NCBI RefSeq assembly: GCF_009914755.1
Contig: NC_060947.1
Origin: the human T2T-CHM13v2.0 reference genome, Homo sapiens
Length of the DNA: 64,000 nt
Reading direction: 5' to 3' (one strand)
Part shown: positions 44,067 to 58,139 of the stretch, piece after piece
Layout: the number at the start of each line of letters is the position of its first letter
Numbering within the stretch: the first letter of the stretch is position 1
Notes under the pieces: generated by a model
Databases searched by the model: none
What the model saw: the letters and a program-made list of their open reading frames with translations, nothing else
Told to the model about the DNA's origin: nothing
Program-made: the position numbers and the translations under genes

Positions 44067-44889
44067 TAATCTGGAATTTTTATTGTTTTGTGTTAATCTG
44101 TATTTTCAATGTTTGTATAATGTCCATGTGTTTGTAGTAATAAAATAATAAGGCATTTAAAACTATTTACTTTCAACCTTCACATCATTTTGTACTTATG
44201 TTACTTTGTAAGCAACTATGTCATTAAATTCTGGATTCTGAATCCAGTAGGCCCTTTCAGGTGGACCAGAAACCACAGTGAGAGAAGGTGGGGAATCTGC
44301 AATGAGTGTCTAAATAAGTTACTTCAGATCCAGTACCTATCTGGTTGCTAGGTTTTTCTGGCTCCCACAGGTGGTTCCCTCATCCTGTCAGAGTGAGCTT
44401 CATGCTGATCCTTTGTGTATTGCTGGATATTCAGGACATCATGTTTGGAGGTCCACAGATCCTATTGATACAGAAGGATTGCCAGAGTGCAGGCCACCTT
44501 AGGGTGGCCACCATAGCTGCCATGGAATTTTGTTCTAGTGAGAGAGAGCAATGAACTATTTATGCCTGGAAAATTCTGTAGAAGTCACTTAAGTGAGACA
44601 TCAGGCTTGATATAGGAAATGAGGCAGCCAGGCTGTGCTCCTGGGATCTGGATGCTATATCCTGACAGCCTGTCAGTCAAAGATTCATGTGCAGAGGTCA
44701 GCAGAATATGGGCACAGCCGACTGTTAGCTATCAGGACTGTGTGTGAACTATGCTGACCTGATATATGAACTTAAGGGCCCAGTCAGAGCCCAGGTTCTG
44801 GGGCAGCTGATGTGCCCAAGGTAGATTAGGAATCCAATACTGGAGCAAGTTCAAAACTCTCCTAATAGGCGATGGTGACATGTTTGCCA

Positions 44890-46210
44890 TTTATCCTACA
44901 GGCAGCAAGTGAGAAGTCAGTGAGGGGTTTGCATGAGAGGAAAATAAATACTCTGCATTCTGGACAGGCCTGTCTGATGGTGCCTTGGAGAATGAAATGG
45001 AGGTGAGGAGGTGGGTAAGGGGAAGGAAGGCAGGGTGAGAAACAGCACCAAATAAAGAAATCAAGGTGAACTGATGTGGCCCTGGTCTCAAGCTGTAGTA
45101 GTGGAGTTGGATGGAGGAGTGGAAATAGAGTTCAGAGAGCATTACATTTAGGGATGGGCTGGGCTCCCACCTGTAATTTCAGCATTTTGGGAGGCTGAGG
45201 CAGAAGGATCACTTGAGGCCAGGAGTTCAAGACCAAACTGAGCAACACAGTGAGACTCCATCTCTAAAAAAAAAAAAGATAGGAATGACCAAAGTTGGTA
45301 AACAGATAGTAGGGAGAAGGTAAGATGTAAAATGAATTCCAGGTTCCAGCTCAGGAGACAGGTTGCATGATGGTATCATGAACTGAGATTTTAGGCACAA
45401 GAGGGGAAGGAGGAAATTTGGATAGGACGTAGAGCAGGAGTGGAGTTAGGGAAACAGTTCAGTGGTCTCCAGTGGGTGCTATCAGCCTTCCAAATGAGGA
45501 TTTCTAGGGACAGTCAAATACCTAAACCTGGAGAGGGGCTGGGCAGGGATCAGGTAGAGGAGTGATCCACAGTCGTTGCCTGACATCATGGACATAGTTG
45601 AGCTGACACTGAACAAGTATGAGTCTAATGAAATGGGAAGATGAAGAAGAGATTAGTGAAGAATAGAAAAGGGAATGTAGCAGGAAAAAAAAAAAAGAGG
45701 CGTTGCCAAGAATGGCACCTTGGGTAGCATCATTATGGATATATCAGAGTCAGCCAGTTAAAACACATCCTTAAACAATGCCCATGTGCCAGATCCTGTA
45801 GTGGATTCTGACAATTGTGGTCCACAGAACAGCAACATAGAGTTTAGTGCTTCAGACAGACATTGAACACATTTTACAATGAAACAAATTGTTACAAAAT
45901 GTTTACCTAGTAATTGTAAGTAGAAAAAGTATTGTCAAGGAAAATATAGGATGCTGTGGGAGTGTAGAACAGTATGGACTTAACCAAATCTCATTGAGGG
46001 GGATTCGAGGAGAGGTACAAATGCCTTCTCTGAGAAAGTAGCACCTAGGTTGAAAATTGAAGGAGAAGTAGCTGTTGACAAGCCAATGGGAAGAGAGAGA
46101 ATCTCTTGCAGGAAGAAGAAAAGGAGCCAGTGAAGCCTCCTCAGAAGAAGCTACCAGAGAGATAGGAGGAGAGCACTGAAGGGACTATTAGGAATGCTAA
46201 ATGAGGAGAG
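44890..46210. mobile_element. Degraded L2 fragments with a FLAM at 45157-45278
   Basis: Purine-rich L2-like motifs; Alu monomer gatcacttgaggccaggagttcaagacc with polyA. Confidence 0.6.
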
Positions 46211-46424
46211 AGAATATGTCAGCTCCAAACCCAGAGGTCATCAGCCATGGTCACCCCCTTCTGCTGACAAGGTCGCCTATGACACCAAGTAAGCCACCTC
46301 CTTCCACTTGAATTTTGGTTTCAGCAGGACAACTTCTCGGCCACGGGCTTCTCTTGGGAGCAGCCAGTTTGCTAGGACCAGAGGATGAGGCAGGGTTTGT
46401 CTATAGAGGCATTTTTCCTACAGA

Positions 46425-48000
46425 GGAAGTTTTTGATGGTGAAGGAGCTGTTCTACTTTTTGACTGTGGTGGTGGGCCTACTGTGGTATGTATTTGTCAA
46501 GTCTCATAGAACTGTACACAAGAAGAGTGAACTTTAGTGATTTAAAATTATACTTCAATAATGTAAGCAAGAAAAATAATACACTCTCACATTAAAATGC
46601 ACACTTACTTGAAAAGCTCATAAAATACATAAATCAATTTGAGTAGAAATAATAGAATATTAGTGAGAGTGAAAAAGAGGATAAATAAGTGGAGAGATCG
46701 TCCACGTAAATGGCCTGGAAAATTATAGTTTTTAGATGCGTAGTCTCCCAAAATTGATCTGTATATTCAATGCAATTAAAAAAAAACCTCTATATTTTAA
46801 TGTGTGGAAATTGCCAAACTGATTCTAAAATTTATATAAAATCCAAATGTGCATGAAAAAGAAGATTCATTTGAAAAAGAACAAGGTGTGAATCAGCTTG
46901 GTGCTGATACAGACTCATTTGCATATGAAAAACTTAATTAATGGTAATTATGGCACTGCAGACCATGGGAAATTGACTATCTTTTCCATAATTAGTCTTG
47001 AGAAAACTGGGCCTCTCCCTCACATCAGAAACAAAAATTCATTTTGGATGGACTTAAATTTTAAAGGAAAAGCGTATATCTTTTGAAATATAAGACTGTA
47101 TGTTCATATTTTATATGTATATTTATGTTTCATTCACATTTGTATATGCATAATATATCATAGGGATAAAGAAACATAATGAGAAAATATACACTGTCTT
47201 ATGGCAATATTTTTGAAAATTTGAATGTATTAACAAATGTTTGAAAAATTTTACTTAAACTTGATTCAAGATGATACAGAAGTCATGAAGAGGTATATAG
47301 ATATTAAAATAAATGAATGAGTAATTAAAAATTGTCCCAAGAATTAAAAGCAAAAATGAAATACTCGAGGCTCATCAAACATTAAAGGAGAAAATGATCC
47401 CAATATTTTACAAAGTGTTCTAAGGAACATATGATAAAAAGAACATTTTCCAATTTATATCATGTGGTAAAATTTTGATAGCGAATACGATGATGGACAC
47501 AAAAATAAAGGGCAATAAGAGATCAATCACACCCATGAAAATAGATGGAAAATCCTCAAGAAAATATTAGCAAACTAAATTCAGCAATGTATGAACAAAA
47601 TAACATATCAAGACCAAGACGAAATAACATATCAAGACCAAGATGGTCTATCATTTAGAAATAAATTATAAACTCAAGCTGCATTCATAATAAAACTTTT
47701 CTGATATCCATGAAGAGAAAGCAAGTTTCTTAACTGGATAAAGGATATCTTTAAAAAATAACTTTAATAAGTATCCTACTAAATTTTGAAATACTGAAAG
47801 CTTTCTTTTTGAGATTGAGGAATAGTTTCCCTTGATGATTCTATTGGAGATCTTAATTTACTTAGTAAGGCAAGAATAGTAAAAGTGTAAGGATTACAAA
47901 TGAAGAAGCAAATCTGTCATTATTCATAGGTGATTTGATAATAGACTAGAAAACCAAAAATAACTCATACATAAATTGTTAGACAAAAGTATCACTACTA
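46425..48000 (+). mobile_element. Fragmented ancient L1M (ME-like) pieces
   Basis: ctcccaaaattgatctgtatattcaatgcaat; aaaatcctcaagaaaatattagcaaactaaattcagcaa. Confidence 0.7.
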
Positions 48001-48632
48001 GATCGTATATGTATATGCATATACATACACACACACATAAGATTTACAAACCAATACATAGGCAAAAGAGTGATAGAGAATGAGTAAATTAAAATATACT
48101 AACAATAATATCATCAGAAATCAGCGTGGGTCTAATCAAAAGATAGAAACTACATAGGTTAAACATATTATTTTAATACAAATAATTATTCAACTGTGAT
48201 CAAGATTAACTATGAGATTTATGGAACCTTGATATGACACCATACGGCTAGCGGAAAGTACGCAAGGAAAGAAACACTTGGAAGGATCCCTCATGGCATA
48301 AGTTGTAGTTTGGGCCAGTGGTTGTGGCATAGCTCCACCTGATGGCCTCACCCACACCACTCACCCTGCCTCTGCTGGAAATGGAAGGAATGCCTCTTCC
48401 CCCTTCAGTGTTCCTCCACCAGCCTCTACTGAGAAAGCTCACTTTTATTGTGTTCACTTGAAAAAAGAAATGCTTAATGGAATCACGTTGTTTATCAAAC
48501 AGCATATATGTAAGGATGCAGTCCAAGCAGAGAGGCAATAAAATGATAATGGATGAAAGTACATGGAATAAATCCAACACAGTAAAGACCTACATGGAAA
48601 AAAAAACTATAACCTTTTTTTAAGAGATACTC

Positions 48633-49441
48633 CTGTTACAGGTTGAATTGTGGCTCTCCCGACCACCATTCGTATGTTGAAGTTGTAACACCTAGTACCT
48701 CAGAATGTGGCCTTATTTGGAGATGGAGTCATTGCAGTTGTAATGAGCAAGATGAGGTCATTAAGACAGACCCTAATCCAGTATGACCAGAGTCCTCATT
48801 AAAAGGTGAAATTTGGACACAGAGACAGACAAACATAGAGGAAAGGCCCCATGAAGAGACATGCGAAGAAGACAGCCAACTACAAGCCAAGGAGAGAGGT
48901 CTCAAACAGATCCTTCCCTCATAGCCCTTAGAAGGAACCAAGTCTGCTGGCACCTTGATTTTGGACTTCTAGCCTCCAGAACTGTGAGACAATATATTTG
49001 TGTTGTTTAAGCCAACCAATTGTGGTACTTTGTTAAGGCAGCCATAGCAAATGAATGGATTCTGGTACTGAGAAGTAGTGTGCTGCTGTAACAAATACCT
49101 AGAAATATACACATGACGTTGGGTAATACTAGATCAGCATGGGCTCCTAAGTCCAAGGACTAGTGTTGTTATCCAAAGGGGACATTTGGACACAGGCAGG
49201 CATACACACAGGGAGAATGGCACGTGAAGAATGGAGTTAAGCTGCCACAAGGCAAGGAACCACCAGAAGCTAGGAGAGAGGCATGGGACAGATTCTCCCT
49301 CAGAGCCCTCAGAAGAAACCCACCCTGCCGACACCTTGATCTTGAACATGTAGCTTCCAGAACTGCGAAAGGATACATTTCTGTGGTTTAAGCCACCCAG
49401 GGTGTAGTGCTTTGTTACAGCAGCCCATGCAAACTAATACA
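48633..49441 (+). mobile_element. MLT1 LTR, short MLT1-internal stub and second partial MLT1 LTR
   Basis: LTR 48633-49052; internal start gattctggtactgagaagtagtgtgctgctgtaacaaatacct; LTR 3' part 49128-49441. Confidence 0.85.
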
Positions 49442-49685
49442 GATAGTAATAAATGATAACTTCAATTAATAGTGAGATGTACTATGTTCACTGACTGTGA
49501 AACTTCATGTTGTAATAGCATCAGTTCTCTCTGAATCATTTTAAAGATTCGATGTGACCACAAACAAAATCCCAAGCAGTCATTTTTGCGTGGCATTTGA
49601 CAAGGTGATTCCAACTATGATACAGTGATGCAGTAGGCCAAGAATTCCAAAGATTAAGAAAAAGGTAGGAGGAGTTTTACTAGTA

Positions 49686-49930
49686 CAGGCAGTCCTCGCT
49701 TTGCACCTACTGGAGGACCATGAAATGACCATGCAAATGACCATGCAAATTGCAACCATACCACGCGATATCAATAACCATAGGAAAAGTTATGCTCATT
49801 CTGTGACTTTTAAATATTTTTGTCAAAATGTTAAAACTCTCTTACTTTCGGTTATACATGTATAGGAAAATTTAAAAAGTAGTAAAGCTAAGTGTCATTC
49901 AAAACATTGGACACATTGAGAATTAAAGTT
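49686..49930. mobile_element. Tigger-type DNA transposon fragment
   Basis: TA followed by caggcagtcctcgctttgcac, a TIR-like start. Confidence 0.55.
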
Positions 49931-50209
49931 CCAAATATCTATGGAGATCATTTAATGTGAAGGTTTTTTTTTGCTATGTTCATAGCATCCCTTGATAATA
50001 CTCTGAAGCTGGAAACAATACAAATATTCCTCTTTATTAGAAGTGGTTAGTAAATTCTGGAATGTTCATAGAATGAAATATATGCAGCAGTAAAAAATAA
50101 AGAAATTATGGCTACTAGCATCAAGATAAATGACCCTCATTAGAGTGAGCAAAAGTTGCAAATCGAAAGAAGTAAACAGTATAATTGCATGTTAAAAAGT
50201 TTAAGGCCA

Positions 50210-50850
<641 letters not shown>

Positions 50851-51211
50851 TTAATAATAAGCAAAACTATAGTGTTTAGGGGTGCAAATGAAGATGGTAG
50901 AAAGTATCAATGAAAGCAAAGTAGAGACTTTTACGAAAGTCAGGCAAGGGGTACATTTAGATTTGATTGAATGGGATGTGTTCAGGAAGGGACATACTAG
51001 CGGTTTGTAAATTACAGGAAGTATTCTGTTCTTTAGGTAGTGGTGTGTGCCCTACAGTTACTGTTTTCAGTGTGAATATAATTTATATATTATGTTACTG
51101 TTACATATTTAATAATATGCTTAAAATAAAAATGAAGACAGACTTAGAAGGAGCAGCCAGTGTGAAGAGACCTCAGGAAGCACCTGGGAGGCTGTAATGT
51201 TCTATTTCTTG

Positions 51212-51235
51212 ACACACACACACACACACACACAC
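51212..51235. repeat. (CA)n microsatellite
   Basis: About 12 units. Confidence 0.95.
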
Positions 51236-52130
51236 TTGTGTATATATATTAACATATACGTGTGTAATACACTCCTTTATATGGCATGATAAAAATCTCC
51301 TGATATCCATATGCTTGTTTCTTGTATGTTTTCTTCTACAAATCATGAGAGAGGCTGTGAAATGTTTGAAAAACAATGTAGGCTTTAGCACAACAAAATG
51401 AATTGGAAGAATTTTCAATATCCTCTCTTCAGTTTGGGCTTTTGTTGTTGTTTCTGTTCTGCTCAGCAAACTAAAACATGCTGTTGAGTCTGAAACTTCC
51501 AGACAAGGCTGGGAGGACCAGCAAAAGGAAAAACTGGAGCTAGAAAGATGGGGAGAAAGTCAGAGAAATGAACACAGACATGGTACATGCTAGCAATGCA
51601 TCACCTTTTGATCAAGGTCCCTTATGCAGACTAAGGGTGGCAAAGGCACCTTATAGAAAAGCCTGGACTGTTCACTACATTGCAGCCTGCACGGCAAGAA
51701 GCTCAACTGGTGATTGCCAGGGATTCCTTTCTGGAACTACTAGCTCATCACATCTTCCTGGAAGCATGACCTACATGACCTGGTGATGTCGCTGCTGCTT
51801 CCCATATAGTAAACCTGATTGCCCAGACACTCCCAAAGAAGGATCAGTGGGAGGAGTCTGTGTTCTCTTGTTTGTGGGACGAAGCAATCTCACCTAATCA
51901 CTCGGTTCTCGGTTGGTGTGGTGGGCTCCATGGAAAATTTACTGTTTCAGGGAGTTTTGTTGAATGAGCCTTTGCCCATCTACCATCCTTGTGTGTCTTG
52001 AGTGACTACTGTTCTAGAGATTATTGTCATGTTTCGCCACTTTCATGAGGTGAGAGTATTACCCCAAGCCTCAGCTTCACTGTCAACCCACCTCTTCTTC
52101 TTGCTAAGGTGGGAGCACATCCAAGGTTCC

Positions 52131-52343
52131 TGAAATGGTTAATATTAGTGTCACCTTGACTGGGTTGAGGGATGCCTCCGTGCCTGGTGATGCATTGTCT
52201 CTGGGTGTGCCTGTGAGGGTGTAGCCAGAGGCGATTGATGTGAATCAGTGGACTGGGAGGGGAAGAGCCCCCTTAATGTGGGTGGTTATCATCCAATCAG
52301 CTGCTGGTGCAGTTAGAACTAATCAAGCAGAAGAAGGGGACTT

Positions 52344-52375
<32 letters not shown>

Positions 52376-52730
52376 CCCACATTTGGGAATGTGATACCAT
52401 TTTCTCCTCCTTTCCTCGGACAGCCATCTCCAGGATCCATGGCCTTTGGACTCTGGGACTTGCACTAGCAGCCTCCCGGGAGATCTCAAGATTTTAGCCT
52501 CAGACTGGGAACTGCAGTATTAGCTTTCCTGGGTTTGAAGTGTTTGGACTTAGACTGAGCTATCCTGCTGGCTTTTCTTATTCCCCAAATTGCAGAGGGC
52601 ATATTATGGGGCTTCATCTTTATAATCGTGTGAGCCATTTCTCCCTATTAAACTTCCTGCTATATAAATATATACACAAATATATCTTATTGGTCCTGTC
52701 TTCGTCCCTCTGGAGAACCCTGACTGCTGC
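52131..52730 (+). mobile_element. MLT2 (ERVL) solo LTR
   Basis: tggttaatattagtgtcaccttgactggg...ttattggtcctgtc...ctctggagaaccctgact. Confidence 0.88.
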
Positions 52731-55167
52731 AGTTCTCTAGAGGGCAGCTCACCCTCTGCTTTGGGATATGGCCCTCTTGAAACCTTCAAATTCTGAGATT
52801 GGGGCAGTGGTAAAACAGAAAAATGTAGAGAGTAATAAAGCTATCTCTGCCTAGCCAGTCGACTTCCCTCCAGCTTCCCTTTTAAATACTGGAAGTAAAT
52901 ACTTAAATAATTCTTTTGGCTCCACATATTTTATTGCTTCTTTCCAGAAGGACATGTGCTTGCTTGAGATGCGGTAGATGTGGCCTGGGTGATCTGGAGG
53001 TGTAGAGGTTGTGGGTGGATGAGCGTAAGAACATACTTGTCCCTGTTACTCTGTGATCCTGTGCCCTAGGGCTGTACTTTTTCCTTCTGCTTAGCTTTTT
53101 GGGCAGTGCTGATTAGAATGCAGGATGAATTTACATAGTGGGCTGCTCTGACTGGAATGGTTTAATACAGAAATGAGTGGGGAGTGTGGATGTGGGGGTG
53201 GAAAGAGACGTGAATCTAATTTTCCTTATGAATCTGCATCCTTTATGCAATAGAGCTCCGCTTGCATCTGAATAGTTGTCTCGACAACGCCACAGTGAGT
53301 GTAAATCGACTTAAGAAAAAGACTGCTATGACAGTGGGGTCAACTTAGGAGCACAGAAGGAACACACACAGTGTTTTAGCAGCTGGACAGTGCAGAAACT
53401 AAGGGACTGTGGCTCCAGGAAACACACACTCAATTGTAACCACGTGCTTTCCACCCAGAGCCTCAATATCATATGTGTTATTCCACTGACCTTCCACTCA
53501 CTTTCAATCTCATATTTCACAATGAAGATGCCTTTCCCCTCCTTGTCTGGTTCCACTCATTTTTCATCATTCCCAGATCCTCTGGGGAAAAGAAGCCAGG
53601 GATTTTGAAGAAGACTTCTTTGTGAATTCAAAAGCCCAGTTGCCTCACATGCCTGTGGAATCCAGCTGAGGGTCAATGCCAGGTGGAGAGGAGCCTCATG
53701 ACCGCTTCGTGGCCCTTTGCCCTTTCCCCTGGGGTGCAGCAAACAATATATTTAGAACAGCAGAGGCTGCTGAGCCTAAGACTGAGAGGACGGCCAAAGG
53801 CTGGGAGACTGCTAAGCCTGTGGTCATGGCCAGAGACCAGGGAAGAGACAAAACTGAAAGATAGGCTGCTAGGCCCTGACTTTCGTGCCATGGTCATTCT
53901 CTGCCATAATATAAGCACTTGCTGAAAAACATTCAGATGGCAAAATAGGTGTAAAATGATGAATATCTCCTGACCCTACACACCCCTGCAAGAGCTGTGA
54001 CTGCTATGCACACCCCAGCCTATGCTCCCTGTAGAGATAGATGTTTAGATGAGGAAGCATAGACACACGAGAACATGTTTTCCTTTTCATTTTCCTTGTA
54101 CAAATTTATGTTCTACCCTACACATAAGGACGGTCCTGTAGCAGGCTCCTTCCACATCAGGAACATTGACAGTGTCTCTGCAAAGTCTCACCCAAACAGA
54201 GGCCTCTGCTCTGTGTAGCCCCTGCTCAAAGGTGGCCAGGCATAGCCCTGGCTGCTCTGCTCATCCCTGCACAGTACTGAACCTCAAGGGACACTCTCCC
54301 CTGTCAACCCTAGGGAGCTCCTGATAGGACATAGACTACCCCTACCTTCACATAGAATATTCAAGTCAGTCACTTCACTGGTCACTGAAAAGGATGTGGA
54401 GGACTCCTGCCATCCCCCATACACCTGATTTACAATGATCCCTTATGGGAAAGCAGGAATCCTTTTGACCTGGAAGACTGAATTCCAGGAAATACTAACC
54501 TGTAGCCCAGAAAAGACCAGCAGCCCAGTGGGCTTGTTCTTCTCTCCCTCTAGTTGGGCCTGAGAGTGGCCAGGGGAGGAAGCTTACCAGCCTGTTAACC
54601 AGGCACATGATACCTGGGAGCTAGTCCTCCTGATGTCTCCCAAAGGACTGTGAAAAACGAGCTTTTGGGGGGCTGCTTGTTTCCCTAGTACTCTGCTGGA
54701 AGTGGTCTTCTCCTGGAAATGCCTTGAAAATCCCAAGTCCTCCAACCTGCTTCAAAGGCCTAATATACCATCTTGGGCCCCTGGTATGGAGCGACACACA
54801 GATCTCCACCTAGACTTCAATTCACAAAAATGAATATTATCATTTCCCAGATTGTGAAAGTAAGGGAAGCTCTTGGATAGTCTTAAGCAAGAAAGTGATG
54901 GGATCCTTTCCTCTAGATGCAAGGCCACAGGGGACCTACAGAACACGCCCTCTCCCTGCCTACCAAACTCTAATCTATATGAAGAGCCAAGCTCTTGCTC
55001 CCGTGCCCTTTGTTTTCCTTTGGGATAAATTGCTACTTTTCCTGATTATAATGAATACATATGAATTATTTTCAAAATTGAAACAACTCAGGGATGCTTG
55101 TGGTTAAAAGTAGAGAGCATTTGAAATTGCTCTGCCTGGAGGTGACTGCAATTAATTTTCTGCTGAC

Positions 55168-55775
55168 TGTGGCAGGCAGAATTTTGGCCCCTAGATCCTC
55201 ACTCCTGGGGCTCACTCCCACAAATACGTTTCATTACATGGCAAAAAGGACTTTACACATGCAATTAAGGTTACTGACCAGTTGAGCTTAAGATAGGGCA
55301 ATTACGCTGGATTATGCAGGTGGACCTGATGTAGCCACTTGAGCCCTTAAAAGTAGTGAGTAGAAACAGAAAAGGAAGTCGCAGAGATTTGAAGCATGAG
55401 GCCTCGACGGGTCATTGCTGGTTTGAAGGTGGGGGTGCCGTGTGAAAAGGAATGCAGGCAGTCCGAAGTTCCTCAGAAAAAGGACCCAGCTGACGGTGGG
55501 TGAACAATGGAAACCTGAGTCCTACAACCACAAGAAATTTTAAATTCTGCCAACAACCTGAGTGAGCCTGGAAGTAGATTCTTCCCCAGAGCCTGCAGAA
55601 AGGAATGTATCCGTGCCTACATTTTTGTCTCAACCTTGTGAGACCCTAAGCAGAGAGCCCAGCTAAGCCACGATATTCCTGGCCTTCTGAGCCATGAAAA
55701 CTGTGAGTTAATAAATGAGTTTTGCTTTAAGACACTAAGTTGATGGTAATATGGTATGGCAATGATAACAAATAC
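55168..55775 (+). mobile_element. MLT1 solo LTR
   Basis: tgtggcaggcagaat...ttacatggcaaaaaggactttacac...actgtgagttaataaatgag. Confidence 0.88.
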
Positions 55776-56014
55776 AGTGACCATCCTTTAATGCATCTCT
55801 TCTTCCATATATGCACACACGAACACAAATGCACCCAATATATATGTGTGATTAACATGTACATTGGGTTTTTGTGAACAGTTAAAACAACTTGCCTTGC
55901 TTCTTCTTAACCTTCTTCCTCCAGTGTCCCTTTTTATCCCCTTTAACCAATATTAGTAATTTCAGATTTATAATTTTCTACCTTTCTCTTTGATGACATA
56001 TATCCTTATACCTT

Positions 56015-56925
56015 TGTGATATTGTGATATAACAAGGAATACATGTTTTGTCTCCTGTCTCCAGTTCCTGTAATAGAGCTCCTAAAACCCTTGTAATTTC
56101 CTGAGCAATAGGAGTGTACAGAACATCTCTTGTTCTAATATTTGATCTCTGATCCCCATTTCTGACACAGAGCCTGAATTTTCTGGGTAATAAAAGTGTC
56201 TTTTGTTCCAATGAGGCAACTTTTGGTGGCCTCCTGCATGGAGCTGGTCACCAGAAAAGCCAAGCCATGGTTAGAGGGCTTGGAACTTTCAGCTCCACTT
56301 CCTATCCTCGGGGAAAGGGACACAAGCTAGAAATTGAGTTAATAATAGACCATACCTGTGTGGTGAAGCCTCCATAAAAGTCCCTAAACTATGGGGTTCA
56401 GAATGCTTCCAGGTCGTTGAACACTCCTATGAGCCAGGAGGGTGGCACACCTCAACTCCATGGGGACAGAAGCTCCTTCACTCAGGACCCTTCCAGGCCT
56501 CACCCTATGTATCCCTTCAAGGGCTGTTCATCTATATCCTTCATTATATTCTTCATTATATAATAAACTGGTAAATGTAACAAGTGTTTTCGTGAGTTCC
56601 GTGAGTTCTAACAAATTATCAAAGCCAAGAGTCATAGGAACCCTGAATGATAGCCAGTCAGTTAGAAGTACAGGTGAAAACCTGGGGCTTAAGATTGGCA
56701 TCTGGGGTGGGAGGCAGTCTTGTGGGACTGCACTCTTAAAGTGCGGGATCTATGCTAACTCCAGTTAGTGATAGAATTGAACTGAATTGTAGGACATCCA
56801 GCCGGTGTCTGCAGATAATAGAAAAATGTGTTAATGTGTGAAAAATCCCCTCATTTGGTGGCCAGAACTGTCCTGTATTGAGTGTGTGTAGTATAAGGGA
56901 GAAAATGCACAAACTCCAACACTTA
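56015..56925 (+). mobile_element. MER21-family LTR
   Basis: tgtgatattgtgatataac...gagctcctaaaacccttgtaatttcctgag...gaattgaactgaattgtaggacatccagc. Confidence 0.8.
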
Positions 56926-57191
56926 GCACATCAATTCACACACAACAGGTATTCAATCAATGTCTGATGAATAAATGATGAAATTGGCATTATGTCATCT
57001 ATCAGACATTTATTCTCTCTACATCCTTGCAAAGTTAAGGAAATCCATGTGTATATCACTCAATTTTGTAGAAAACCAGACTGAAAGAGAAGGCAAAAGC
57101 CAGGATATAATCATCTTTATACTTTGCTATTTTAGTTTTCTGGAAACCAACTATTTATTGGTGATTATTTTTGCTGATTACCATGTAATCA

Positions 57192-57340
57192 GCCTTAGCC
57201 CTAGCCTTAGTCCTAACTATAACCACAACCCTAACTCTAAACACAACCCCATAACAAGCCCTACACTAAACCTAGCCCTAAACCCTAACCCTAACCCTAA
57301 CCCTAAACCCTAAACCAGATTCTGACCCTGACACTGACTC
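57192..57340 (-). repeat. Interstitial telomeric sequence: degenerate (TTAGGG)n with a perfect core
   Basis: (CCCTAA)4 at 57283-57306, flanked by CCCTAAA, CCCTAG, CCTTAG and CCCTGA variants. Confidence 0.92.
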
Positions 57341-57350
57341 CCAATGTGAC

Positions 57351-57660
57351 CTGTGACCAGCCTTGACTGATATCAACTGGTCTTGACTGACTTTGACAGG
57401 CTGTGACAGGGCATGACAGGTTCTGACCAGTCTAGACCAGTCTTGACTGTCTGGGACTGATTATACCAGCCATGACTGCAATTAACTGGTCTTGACTAGC
57501 CATGACCAGCTTTCACTGGCTGGGACCAGAATTGACCATATTTGACTGGCTTTGACTGACTGTGCCCAGCTTTGATCAGTCTTATCTGGTTTTGACCAGG
57601 CTTGACAAGTCTGAACTGGTCATGACCAGCAGTGACCAGCCTTCACTGGCTGTTTCTGGC
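57351..57660. repeat. Diverged 10-bp tandem repeat, about 31 units, consensus near CTTGACCAGC
   Basis: (T)GAC recurs at 10-bp spacing with one 1-nt register shift near 57463. Confidence 0.92.
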
Positions 57661-58139
57661 ATGAGCCTGATGCCTTCTGCCTGACTGAATGCCAAGGACT
57701 CAGGGGCTGTGCAGCACTGAGGGGTAGGTGAAGGGGAGCAGAGTGGGAGGGAGGAAAGCCCTGTGGGAATACTCGAGGAGTGGGTGTGCCCAGGAGAGCT
57801 CACTGGTTGGTTTATACCATAAGGTCCTTGCGAATCATTTTCTTGCAGATAGGGAAATAGGTCCTGGGGATGTGTACCAAACTGTCAGGGCAGAGGACAG
57901 GGGCAGGGAAGCCTGCCTGTCAATCAAAAAGTCAGTCTCAAGGCACCATTTTGTACTTTGTTGTCCAGCCATGAAAGTCACTAGTTCATAATAAAGAGTT
58001 CTATCTCTTATGACTTTGGGTTTGGACTTGGGCTTCAAGTGTTATTGTGGTAGCCAGGGCTCAGGAAGGCTGCAACTTTGCACCATGTCCTTTAAGGAAC
58101 AAATCCTATGCACAGTGAAATAAATATAAGAGATGAGTA

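Noticed and set aside
47597-47643. Tandem duplication of aaataacatatcaagaccaaga (a similar short one lies at 21426-21473)
   Set aside because: These are common slippage duplications with no sign of function
56975-57313. 112-aa ORF ending in NPNPNP
   Set aside because: The C-terminus is a translation of CCCTAA repeats; nothing else supports coding
57351-57660. CRISPR-like repeat-spacer array
   Set aside because: The units are contiguous 10-mers with no unique spacers, there are no cas genes, and the context is primate DNA
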